A stretch of 64,000 nt of DNA from Eledone cirrhosa (Eukaryota), in the NCBI GenBank assembly GCA_964016885.1, contig OZ024755.1, forward strand, positions 248,001 through 312,000. The letters are read 5' to 3'. Positions 1 to 11,350 of this stretch are shown piece after piece. A model generated the notes under the pieces. That model searched no databases and had not been told where the DNA came from. It was given only the letters and a program-made list of their open reading frames with translations. Made by a program: the position numbers and the translations under genes. The number at the start of each line of letters is the position of its first letter. Position 1 is the stretch's first letter.

Positions 1-665
1 AATCAATTTTATATCATGACTACTTGTATGATTAAAGCTATCCAATCACTTAAATATAAGAGTACAGAACCAAATAATTGGATAAATAATTTGATTCTTA
101 CACCTAACACTGTTTTTTAATAATTACATGAGACAATTTTTCTGTGATCAGAATTAGTAAAGTAATAACTGACTAAAGAACAAAGAAAACAACAGATAAC
201 TATTAGAAAGAACATCCCACACATTCCTCTCATCCCTTGGGGCTGAGATAATATATGAACTTCTCTTTGTATTCTATATTTCTAGCCTATGTTCTGCACT
301 TATCACAATGTTATTAAAAAGTTAATAAGATAAACCAGTATATACATCAGAAGAATTAATTCAAAAATGTTACTTCTTCATTATTTTCTCTATATTATTG
401 AACAAATAGGAGAAAAAATGAAAAAAAAATATACATTAACCCTTTTGAAACCAAACCGCCCATGGTTCTACAATACAAAACTGTTCCCTTTAGTGTTCAA
501 ACTGCCCGAAACCGGCCAAAATTATTTCCCCTTCATTTGTTCAAACCGCCTGAAACTGGCCGATAACACCTACACTAAAATATCGTTCTAAAAATAAACA
601 AACCATCATCAAAATCTCGTCAATTCGAGGTTACTGCGAGATTAGGCCCTTACCATGAAAATTAA

Positions 666-1553
666 TCTATATATATAAAACTGTGGTTGTCTGTCTGTCT
701 ATCGATTTTTGGCACACATCTCCTCTTAGAATCTCTCACGGAATTGCACCGAAATTGCTATACTTGTACATTGAGCCCTAGCGAAGACATCGGAAAAAAA
801 TATTTCAAATTGACCCACCCTATGTGACGAAATCGAATATAATGTATCGATTTTTGAGCGTAAGTTATCAGTTATTTCCCTTTGTTCTGTTTACATTGAG
901 CGTCTTACGTAAAAAATTACGCTGGCTTTCTCAGCGTTTAAAATGACATTAACACAATACACGAACAGTTGTCGAGCCAGCAAAATATTGACCTGCAAAA
1001 TTCATCAGTTCGAACACTAAGCTTCCGTTTTGCTTCATTTCCATTTAAAAGCATTTTAAAACAATATTTTTACTTGAAAACAAGTCTATTTAAAGACTAC
1101 GTAAAACAAGCAAATATTTCAGGCGTGCAGACAGACAGTCGTGCAGAGAGGTGATATAGGCGTGCAGACAGACAGTCGTGCAGAGAGGTGATATAGGCGT
1201 GCAGACAGACAGTCGTGCAGAGAGGTGATATAGGCGTGCAGACAGACATAACTGATAATTTGGTTACGCTAATGTTTTTCTCTGCGTTGCAGTGTTTACA
1301 TTTTCGATCTTTGTTAATAAATAACCAGTGCAGTTTTTATCCCCAGCATCCTCTTTTGTTATAACATTCGGGTTATCGTTATGTTTTCTTAACTTCATAA
1401 GGCATATTGTTGGTTGAGGGAATATTAATCAAAAACACCACATGCAAGTCTGCACAGTAGACATTACAGTTTTTAAGCCAAAAAAGAAACTTAACATTGT
1501 AACTTTAACACAGCTACTGAGCGACCCCGAGCAACGCCGGGCTTTACTGCTAG
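666..1553 (+). mobile_element. Non-autonomous Helitron inserted in the piggyBac
   Basis: Starts A|TCTATATATATAAAA followed by a (GTCT)n stretch. Ends with GC hairpin CCCG-agcaacgc-CGGG then CTAG|T at 1550-1554. Inserted between A and T with no TSD, which matches canonical Helitron termini. Confidence 0.8.
1121..1248. repeat. 37-bp tandem repeat, about 3.5 copies, inside the Helitron
   Basis: Unit aggcgtgcagacagacagtcgtgcagagaggtgatat repeats exactly at 1121, 1158 and 1195, with a partial copy at 1232. Confidence 0.95.
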
Positions 1554-1632
1554 TACTTAATATAGTGAAACAACTTAAAGCAACACGTGTTTTTTTAACG
1601 TTGAAAGTAGAACAGATTTTTTGTGTAGCAAC

Positions 1633-2130
1633 ATGGCTTGTGAAAGTAGCGATACCGACTTTGAAGGTTTTACACACGACGACATTCAGAATGAACAAGA
1701 AACAAAAGATAATATTAGTGATTTATCTTCAAATGTATCATACATGTACATTTCTGAAATTTCATCCGACGATAATTGTTGTTTTGAAAGTGAAAACGGA
1801 GATCTCCAGGACGCCACTGAAAATATTACAGCAACGTGGTTGAAAAATACCACACTAATATATGTTCCCGATTTTATTCAAAATACTGGTCCACAACACA
1901 CATTAGCTCCCGATGCTAAAGCACTGGATTATTTCTTTTTCTTTTTATCACAAACTTTCTTCGAAGTTGTGGCAGAAGAGATTAATCTATATTCCCAACA
2001 GCAGATTTCAAATCGAGGAAAACCCTATCTGTTTGGCGACCAACATGCTGCGGAAATGCAAGCATTTTTTACCGTAAATATTCTGTTCGGTATAAAACAA
2101 TTTCCCAAACTGGAATTACTGGAGTACTGA
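1633..2130 (+). pseudogene. piggyBac transposase N-terminal fragment (PGBD-like), truncated before the catalytic DDD core
   Basis: Acidic N-terminus with DFEGF, then P.F...TGP...ALDYFFFFLSQTFFEVVAEEINLYSQQ...AEMQAFFTVNILFGIKQFP, typical of the start of piggyBac transposases. The frame stops at 2130 and the rest is missing. Confidence 0.8.
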
Positions 2131-2378
2131 TATAAGGTTTAGTGATCCTTATATATCAAGTATTTGCACTTGTTTGATACTTCAAATGCCCCTATTAATT
2201 AATTTCACCTGCTCATAAAAGTCAAATTTAACTAAAAAATCAGGTAAAATTATATAATTGTAAATTATTGATATTTAAACATCTACTGACAAAATGTCAA
2301 GCCTGTTCATAGAAAATTAAGAAAATTACAAACAAATAAAATTGATAACCCTCTTGAGTACGATTAACTCAAAATAAT

Positions 2379-2496
2379 TGTTTCTACTTTTGGCACAAGG
2401 TCAGCAATCACTCAGTGTATTACTGGTACTTTATTTTATCGACCCCGTAAGGATGAAAGGCAAAGTCAACCTCGGCGGGATTTGAACTCAGAATTC
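2379..2496 (-). mobile_element. 5'-truncated SINE (family A) with a 13-bp TSD
   Basis: Shares tactggtactttattttatcgaccccgtaaggatgaaaggcaaagtcaacctcggcgggatttgaactcag with many other copies. TSD aactcaaaataat at 2366-2378 and 2497-2509. Confidence 0.85.
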
Positions 2497-3509
2497 AACT
2501 CAAAATAATGCGAACAGATAAGCATGACATTTGAAAATTAATGCGAATGCAATTTTATTAAATCCCTTCCCTAAAAATCATAGGCAATGCATTTTATTAA
2601 GTATATGGTAACGAAAGGGTTTATTTCTGCATTTAAAAAATGATTAGAAGAGAAAGTGAATTGGCAATGACTTCTGCGGGAGGGATCAAATTGATGGAGT
2701 TGATGTTCAACTTGAACTTCTGTAGGTTAATGAGAGATGAGGTTCAGGTAAGAAGGATTTGAGAGGTATTTGGTCTGGTGTAAAGTTTAAAATAAGATTC
2801 AAAATAGGGATAACAAGTTAACTCCTTCATTACTATATTTCTATTGAAATATGCTGTCTACAATTTTCAAATAACTTTAAAAATAATTGAGGATTTGTAA
2901 GGGTTTTTTAAATATAACTTTTTCTTGATTAACTCAGTCCCCACAACCCTCATAAGAATAAGTGGGAGGAGGGTGAGAAAACGGTTTTACTTTCTAAGAT
3001 GTAAACAAACTTTTCTCATTTAAAGTTCCCTACAGTCCTCCCGAATTTGAAAGTTTTCTACTATCATCTTCTATCCTACCACTTCCATCTTCCACTCCAC
3101 CACAGGAACATTATAGCACCTGATGTCAATTGTAAACAGCATAAATAAAAATGCAAGAGATGCTGTTAATCTGATTATTGCACAATTCTTAGATCTAGCA
3201 GCACCGGTAAACCAATTAATCAATGGTCATAAGTTCTTCGCTGATCACACTTATCAGTCTATGAGTAACAACTTTACTCTAATGCATATATTTATGATGG
3301 TATAGATTTCTTTTGAAAGATTTCATTTCTAAATAACAAGTATGGTCATTTCCCAGACGACATTAAACAATAACCATTAGCATCATCTTAATCGTTAGAT
3401 ACGACTATTTACTCAAACTTTCTTCTCCAGATTTCAAGTTACCTTAATAATTAATTAATCAATTAATTAACTCCTTGACACTGAAAATAATCAGCTAATC
3501 TATGTCCGG

Positions 3510-3950
3510 AGGCAGTGAATTGGCAGAGTTGTTAGAATGTCAGATAGAATGCTTTGTAGTATTTCAGCTCTCTGAGTTTAAATACCGTCAAGGTCCACTT
3601 TGTCTTTTATCCATTCAAAGTTGATATAAAAGTACCAGTTAAGTCCTAGGGGCGATTCTTTCTCTGTATCTCTTTCTTACTTCCTCACTCTTACTTTCTC
3701 ACTCCTTCTCTGGGTGAAATTAGTTGTGTTCAAACCTGGAGGGGAAATGGGCTCTGCCAGGTTTAAAAAATGCCCTAGATATGCCGTATGTTACTACAGT
3801 GCTCCAACAACTCCATCAAAAGTTACGGGCCCATACCATACTACATGGAAGACCCCATCATTTAATGTAGACTGTTCTTTTTTTAATTTGTCAGCTATTT
3901 TTTATACTTGGTATGTCTGGAGGAAAGAGCAGTGCCCTTGGCCTTAACAG
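3510..3950 (+). mobile_element. SINE family A head with a long alternative 3' module
   Basis: tRNA-like head ggcagtgaattggcagag...gagtttaaat, the family A core, then a tail of about 250 bp shared with 23275-23470 (gggctctgccag.tttaa..aatgc). Confidence 0.65.
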
Positions 3951-4204
3951 AAGCTCCAAATGAAATATTGATTTAATAACTGGATATCATATCATATTAA
4001 AGAATTTGCCTTGCTTGGATAACAAATTTCAAAATATATGCAATATAGATTTTGAAATATTCTGATGGCCAGTTAAGAATCTCATTACTTTGATATTAAA
4101 ATTCTAAACTTTTAATCATTCTTTAAGCACCAATGATATTTAATCACCAAATATACTTTTGTAATAAATTATAGATTTTTGGTAATATATATATATATAT
4201 ATAT

Positions 4205-4554
4205 GGAGGCACATGGCTTAGTGGTTAGAGCATTGGCCTTGCAATCGAAAGGTTGTGAGTTCAATTCTCAGACCGGGTCATGTGTTGTTTCCTTGAGCAA
4301 GATACTTTATTTCACATTGCTCCAGTTTACTCAGCTGTAGAAATGAGATGATAGGGACAGGGGTCCATATCATTCCACTGCAAAGTGGTCGTGGAGGTGC
4401 CACGGCAAAAAAAGCACCCAGTACTCACTGTAAATGAGGTTGGTGTTAGGAAGGGCATCCAGCTGTAGAAATCAAGCCAGAATCAGTTCCCGTCCCACCC
4501 TTGCAAGCAGGGAAAAGCGGACGTAAAAGGAAATGATGAAATGATGATGATGAT
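4205..4554 (+). mobile_element. Full-length tRNA-derived SINE (family B) with an RTE-derived 3' tail
   Basis: A box tggcttagtggtt and B box gagttcaattc. The 3' part matches the RTE 3' UTR at about 57105-57255 and ends in (TGA)n. A near-identical copy lies at 44649-44997. Confidence 0.9.
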
Positions 4555-4559
4555 ATATG

Positions 4560-6252
4560 AAATGAACCTAACACCACATCTAGCATCAAACACCAGAGAC
4601 ACACCCTATACTACATACCCAACACTAGCTGATCCTTTATAACACAAACAACGACATCCCTCCGGAACCCTTCGCAGGGAAAATACCCATTTATACCTCT
4701 ACGGCAGGTGTGACAACATCCAACCACTTGAACGGCACTACACCGCTCTAAGGGTAATTTGAGCATGAATTGATCGGTTGGATGGTGTTGGGCAGAGGAA
4801 ACACCTTCCTTAGACAGATGTAAAATGATTTAATCGAGTAGCGCTGTTGACCAGTAGGACCGGGCTGCTGAGCGCAGTGAGTGAATGCAATGCAACTGCC
4901 GTGCGGGTTGTACGTATATGGAGGATCTGACGGTCAGAGAGGGGTCGCGAGGACTGCGGATTGACCTTTGGCCTGCCTGGGGACGATTATCTTTCGACAT
5001 CCAATGTAGCAAGCGATGACCCAGATCTTACCAGAGATCATTGGGTCCTGAAGCAATCCTGCAGTCACCGCGCCTGGTCATATGAGCAGACTACAACCAC
5101 AGAGATCATTAATTTAGAATCCTCGCTCATCATCTATAATTTCCATTTGTAGCACCTTAAGATGGGTTAATCCACCATAATAATGTGATCACCTTCAGCA
5201 TAACTTAGTTAAACTACTCTATAGTTAATACACTTTATACTTTAAAAGTCTCTCTTGGAAGGTGCACTTCACCATAGAATTTAGGGTCTATATTGGGACA
5301 CATTTTAATGGCTAGATATAGAAACCCCAGAGTTACCTCCCCGCATGCATTAACTCCCCTTAGCCACACACACACTTCCGGTATTCAATGGCGTTTCTCG
5401 AAACGTAACAACCTCCTGTATCGAACTAAAGAACACCAGACTACGATCTCTAACTGGATTGTCGTGGATTATGTGAAAGGCATATAATCGAAATATACAC
5501 TCCCCTGACCATGAAAATGCCGAAGTACATGAAATACTTGACATCCCTGCGCTGTGCATCTCCAATACTTATAACACTTTTAACACTTTTAATGCTTGCA
5601 CTATCTTTAATGCTTATAATATTTCTCCACACACAGACTATATCAATCATATAAAGATTTTGCCACCAGATCTACCAACCTAACACTCTTATTTACCTAC
5701 CTAAGTGCCTCTACCACACATATCTCTCTGCCACACTATATAAACAAGACGCACATGCGTGCCACACATATAACATTTGCACTATATAACCACTTATCTT
5801 CATGTTGTACTTTAACCTATATCTTTGATTTTTGATTGTACCTATTAATATAAATGTAATCTCGAAGTGTGTACTGCCACTCTAAATTCTGTAATGAATG
5901 TTGACCCACAATGTTTGAATATGTATCAATGTTTGAATATGTATTTGGTATGTCTCTCGGCTGAAAAGGAGGTCATATAACTGTCCATGCATTAATAAAT
6001 TGCTCCGAAGAATCCAAACCTCGGTTTGGAGGAAACAGCTGTAAGCACAATAATGTTTTGAGCAGTTCTTTGATTCTTATATTTCATATAACTGCTCTGT
6101 AAATCATCTGATGTTTTTACATTGAGCTACTTAACTTACTGGTAATAAGGTAGTAATACATTACTGCCTACCACTATTTAGGGTGTGTGTAAAATACTTA
6201 CAACTGCTTAAGGTTTTGTATTTGCATAACCATAAATAGTATAACTAATACT
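4560..6252 (+). mobile_element. Unclassified GC/CpG-richer insert ending in a hammerhead-like motif and (TA)n; probable Penelope-like element or retrozyme remnant
   Basis: Composition shift with many CpG, a hammerhead-like motif at 6001-6047, and termination at a (TA)n tract. No RT or GIY-YIG peptide recognised. Confidence 0.4.
6001..6047 (+). ncRNA. Degenerate minimal type I hammerhead ribozyme motif
   Basis: tgct-CCGAAGA-a-tccaaacc-tc-ggtttgga-g-GAAAC-agct-GTA-agca. Stem I is tgct/agca, stem II is a perfect 8 bp, and stem III is the palindrome ACAGCTGT. It deviates from consensus by U4>C and an A.G at the base of stem II. Confidence 0.6.
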
Positions 6253-6999
6253 ATATATATATATATATATATATCAGCTGCTTGCTAAAATTGAAAAAAG
6301 TCTAGATCATTAATTAAAATAAAAATTCAGTAAGTTCCATAGTTCATACTATTACGTGGAAAAAAATCTATTCATCCTTTTCATAACATTCAACATTTTG
6401 ATGATACAGTGATTTTGACATAAGTTAATTTTATTAATCCCATTGATATCAGTAATATCAGTTGGAGTAGATCATATTTTATTGAGTAATAAATCTGATT
6501 TTTAACCAGAACATTCTGCTCACCAGTAAAAACAAAACCAAATATAATTAAAAAAAAGGGTAAGATAATGTTTTATTAAAACGTCACATGACTTATCTCA
6601 CATGTGTTCTATCTCTGAGCCATGGACTAATTTTTGTCAGAATTTTTGATTAATAATTATAACCTTCCCATCGGGGGATGCAAAAAAACCAAAGTTATTT
6701 TATTCGTTAGCATCAGCCTAATTTTAATGGATGACTCAGATAAATTTATATATATTAAAATTCAGACAGAATGAATATAGTAAATCACTATATTCAAATA
6801 ATATAGTAAAATATTATCATCTATCATATTAAAATACAATATTGTAAAATAATATAGCTGCCATTTAACATCATAAGTCAATTTTGAACAACTTGATTTA
6901 TAAAACTTTCTAGAGATATTCTGTCTTTTTAGGGGTATTTGGGACTAGATTCTTCATTGTCCCTTTTTTTAGGAGTATTTAACACTATATTCATGTGCC

Positions 7000-7074
7000 C
7001 TTAAAATTAACCTCATTTGGTCATTCCATGAGAGTATCTTGGACAGCCTATGAACTTTTCAGTCAACCCTTGTA
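7000..7074 (+). mobile_element. Right-end fragment of a Tc1/mariner-type MITE
   Basis: catttggtcattccatgagagtatcttggacagcctatgaacttttcagtcaacccttgta matches the right half of 50092-50292. Confidence 0.6.
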
Positions 7075-9123
7075 ACACTTGAGTGTGATGAGGGAAATTT
7101 GGCTGATTTTCCTATCAGATGAAACAACTATGCAAATATTTCCTCCATGTCTGGAAAAAGAAGTGACTGTTGCATTGCACAGAGTAGAGAAATATATGCA
7201 ATATACTCTAGCATGAATAATAATAAATTCATAGAAAATCTAGATTATATATGTATGTCTCTATAATATATACATTGGTTGCAGAATATAGTTGTTATAT
7301 ATGTATGTCTCCATAATATATACACTAGTTGTAGTATATAGTCTATAGTTGTTTTTCTTTCATACTGAATTACTGAAGGTCAACTTAAAGATGTTGTTTG
7401 TTGACAACACAAGATTTATGATTGTAGCATAGAACCAAAAAATATAACGTGCACACACAACCACAAATGCATACCCACACACACAGATACAACTATAAGT
7501 TCACATTCAAATAAACAGCTTGTCAAATGATTTGGTGAAAGCTAAGAAAATGAAATAAAATAAAACTTTCTTCTATATAACATGCACTGCGTATTATTTT
7601 CATAAAATATCATTATCATCATCAATAACAGGAGCAAAAGCAACTAATATTGCCTATTGATAAAACTTTGTTAGTTTGAAAATTCTTGACATTTGTAAAT
7701 ACATATTGCATGCTACTGATTGGCATGTTAATTGTGGTTCTGCTACAAGATAAGTCGTTGCTATCTAATAGAAATAATTGTCAACACATTTCTTCTTCAA
7801 CCCTTTTGATACCAACCTCCCTGAGACAGGCCCTTAATTCTAATTCACAAAATTTTTCCTTAAAAACCTTCCGTCATTAAATATGTGTAATACTTGAGAA
7901 ACTGAATAGCTTGGAGATCAGAGAATCACTCCAGGTTAAAAACTGAACAAATATTTGCTGATATTCTAAGGTGGAGAGGAGAAGACATCTCAAATATTTG
8001 GGACAAGTATTTTTTTTATTTATTGATCCTAGTCCTTAACTTATACTTATGTTTTTCTTTTAACACAAACACAATTTATATAATAAATATGATTTACTCC
8101 AGAAACAAATCAATAAACATTAGTCAGAGAAATGCACACTCAATTAACTGCTGCAACAGAGATACTCTCTTAAAACTTTTGAGGCAAGCCATGACAGGCA
8201 TAGGGTGATAGAGAGGCTAAGGTGTTAGAATAGCCAAGCACCTCATGAGATCACCTGATATTTCAGTAAGGCAAGCTGCCAAATAATGTCAAAAACCTTG
8301 TTACCAGTGGCTCAGCTTTCCCAAATATCTCTTAAATGCTACAGGCTGAAAAATGTAGTTTACTGATAAATCACAGTATTTCAGTAGTTTTATTCTGTTT
8401 GGCAACAGATGCAGTGACAAGTTCCATCATAGTTATTCAGTTTAAACAGTCAATAACATTTTAGTTAAAAGCAAATCAGTCCAGTTTGCATGTAGATGGC
8501 TGACTTTCAATGGAGTCCATAGAGTGTTTTGTATAGTGGTCTGACAGATATGACAGTGATTGTCTGATATAGGTAACAATAATAATATGTCAGAATAGGA
8601 GATACAGGCAAATATACTTGTAATAAACCAAACTCAGGTCATGATGGGGATAGTGATGATGATGATTATTATAATGCCTGGTTTATAGAACAGCAGAATG
8701 ACAAATATGAACAAATGAATTTAAAAAAAAATGATATATATATTTTGACTTCAAAAGCAGAGATTGTGGCTATAGTTTATGACTAAAGAGGTGTATTTTA
8801 CACACTTGCTTTCGTTGCTTTTGTTGCAGTAAATGTGTTTTATTATTTGATGGTCATAAAATTCTTGGACTGCAAGTTGAAACACACCTGAATAACAACT
8901 AAATCAATAACAATAATATTGATGATGATGATAGTACCATAGAAGAACTGATATGTATATTGAATATATTTGTTTAGAAATGCAGATGGTATGTTTGATG
9001 AAGCTGGTCTTAGCCTAGAATATCAGTCCTGTAGGACAGTAAAACTAGATGATTATAATAGATGATTGGAAGACCATTGGTTGTATACTAAAATGTAGAA
9101 GAGGAGGGTGTATATATATATAT

Positions 9124-9877
9124 ATGAAAGGCAGACTGTATGATGCATGTATACGAACAGCATTGTTACATGGTAGTGAGACCTGGATGCTGTCTGTAGA
9201 AGACTTGCGTAGATTAGAAAGAAACGAAGCCTGCATACTCCGATGGATGTGTAATAATAATATATGCAAATGGCAAAGCATAAACGAATTGAGAGAGAGA
9301 CTGAGCATAAGAGGAATCAAATGATGTGTGCAGGAGAGGCGGTTGCATTGGTATGGACGTGATGCGTATGAAGGATGACAGCTGCATAAAAAGGTGCAGA
9401 GCACTAGAAGTTGATGGAAGCCGCAGAGTGGGGAGACCCAAGAAGACCTGGGATGAGGTGATAAAAGCCGACCTTTCCCAATTACACCTCTCAAAGGCAA
9501 TGACACACGGCCGTGACCTCTGGCGTCACACAGTAATACAGAAGACCCAACTCCTCACGAGTACAAGCCAAAGCTGAAGCATATAGACAATATGCCCCCA
9601 CACCCTCCCACTGCAAAGTGATCGTGGAGGTGCCATGGCAAAAAAGCACCCAGCCCACACTGTAAAATGGACGTGTAGGCACCACGGAAAAAAAGCACCC
9701 AGCACTCACTGTAAATGAGGTTGGTGTTAAGAAGGGCATCCAGCTGTAGAAATCAAGCCAGAAACAGTTCCTGTATGAGCAAGGCATGGTCAGGAGACCG
9801 GCTACTGCCCACAACAAGACAACCCGTCTAACCCATGCTAGCGTGGAAGAAAGGAGGTAAAACAGCGATGATGATGA
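9124..9877 (+). mobile_element. 5'-truncated, mutated RTE LINE copy
   Basis: Highly similar to 56620-57372 (MKGRLYDACIRTA...). Has an in-frame stop and a frameshift near 9322-9360, a full 3' UTR with (GAT)n tail, and (TA)n on both flanks. Confidence 0.92.
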
Positions 9878-9929
9878 TATATATATATATATATATAAAT
9901 AAATGAGCAATCCAATCCAGGGCCTTCTC

Positions 9930-10250
9930 ACTCCCGTTGGGGGAACCCCTCCCCTTTTTGTTTGGTTTTGGTCATGTCTTCAGAGGTGTAGCTGTACTCA
10001 CCACGGTTGGACAATTGTGGGTTGGTGAGGCTATTTAACCCATAGTTGGGTGGATGGCTGTTGACTCTGAGGAGTTCATCCACCCCTTTAACAACTCTTG
10101 ATTTTTGTGTAGCAGAGGTTCCACTTACAATTCTCACCAGACCAGTGTCTGGTGGGGTGGGGGGCTGGTTTAGTTGATGACCACTTGACCATGAAGCAGG
10201 TTGTACTAGGTAACATGGTGCTAGAAGCAGGTAGTGACAACAGCACACTC
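9930..10250 (-). repeat. Unclassified dispersed repeat
   Basis: The reverse complement shares tgcttctagcaccatgttacc...tgcttcatggtc...actaaaccagc with 26570-26665 and 51775-51958. Confidence 0.55.
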
Positions 10251-10462
10251 AACCAAATAATTAGGACCCAATAAAGATTTGAAACTCACAGCCTAAAGAG
10301 GCACCATTGCCAAAAGTCTGAAGTCACTTCCAACCTTTTCTTTAGAAAATAATGTAAGCATTGTACCCAAGATAGTTGAGAAGAATTAAAGTTGTGTTAT
10401 TTTCTGATGTGTGCAAATACATACAGAAAAGATGATAAAAGCAAATTGCGTTGAGATTATTG

Positions 10463-10539
<77 letters not shown>

Positions 10540-10540
10540 C

Positions 10541-10830
10541 AAAGCAACAGTAAAGATATCAAGGTATTGTATACTTATTGATGTTGTTTGCACAAAAAGA
10601 CAATAGCATTACAGCAAAGGAGGCTGAAATACTCTGCAAACAATTGGGAATAGGAATCTAAAAAAAGGTGGACTATGGACACAAGAACAATCCCTGTAAT
10701 TATAAGAGCTTTAGGAAGAGCAAAGCATGATATAAAGCAGAAAAAAATCGAATAACTGTCAGATAAATATTCCATATGGGAAATTCAAAAGATAACATCC
10801 CCAGAGTAGCCATATTCAGTTGAAACTATT
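10541..10830 (+). mobile_element. Degraded 3' fragment of an R4/Dong-like RLE retroelement
   Basis: Broken reading CILIDVVC...KRWTMDTRTIPVIIRALG...IWEIQKI resembles the C-terminus of the ORF at 35275-36479 (CLLIDMSVP...KMWKLRTKTIPVVVGALG...EIQKI). Confidence 0.6.
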
Positions 10831-10939
10831 ATCAATATATATATAAGCTTATGCCACAAATCTACTACTACTGTACCATAGAGTAAGAGAATAGCATCAA
10901 TAGTGTAAAGATGACAAGATGATAACAACAGTAACAATA

Positions 10940-11350
10940 ACAACAATGGTTTCTGATTTAGGCACAAGGCCATCAATTTTGGTGGGAGGGGAAAGTCGTT
11001 TAAATCAACTTCAGTGCGTTACTGGTACTTCATTTTATTGATCCAGTAAGGAAAAAAGGCAAAGCTAATCTTGGATACATTTGAACTCAATGTAAAAGGA
11101 CGTTACTATATGCCAGTAATAATAATAATATCAATAATGGTTTCTGATTTAAGCACAAGGTCAACAATTTTTTGGAGGGGAAAATCAATTAAATCGACCC
11201 TAGTGCATTACTGGTACTTTATTTTATTGACCCCCCCCCCCCCCCCCCCGTAGGGATGAAAGGCAAAGCTAAAGTCGGTGAGAACTGAACATCAAGGGTC
11301 ATAACTCTGCAGCAAAGTAGTTGTCTGATGCTTCATCAATACTAGCAATG
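10940..11350 (-). mobile_element. Two adjacent family A SINE copies
   Basis: The block atggtttctgattta.gcacaagg...actggtactt.attttattga occurs twice, at about 10945 and 11137. Confidence 0.75.

Larger units (their letters stand above)
440..2619 (+). mobile_element. Internally deleted piggyBac-like DNA transposon
   Basis: Left end TTAA|CCCTTTTGAAACCA (TTAA at 436-439). Right end TGGTAACGAAAGGG|TTTA, an imperfect inverted terminus with a degenerate TTAA. Encloses a piggyBac-type transposase fragment, and both ends match short MITEs elsewhere in the window. Confidence 0.75.

Noticed and set aside
1121-1248. 37-bp repeats of CRISPR-like length
   Set aside because: The units are contiguous with no spacers, there are no cas genes, and the array lies inside a Helitron.
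1442-1843. 133-aa ORF overlapping the transposase start
   Set aside because: It is an alternative frame crossing the Helitron/piggyBac junction with no recognisable motif.
4205-4280. tRNA-like sequence with A and B boxes (also at 26716, 44925, 47068, 54540)
   Set aside because: Each continues directly into a SINE body and tail, so these are SINE heads, not tRNA genes.
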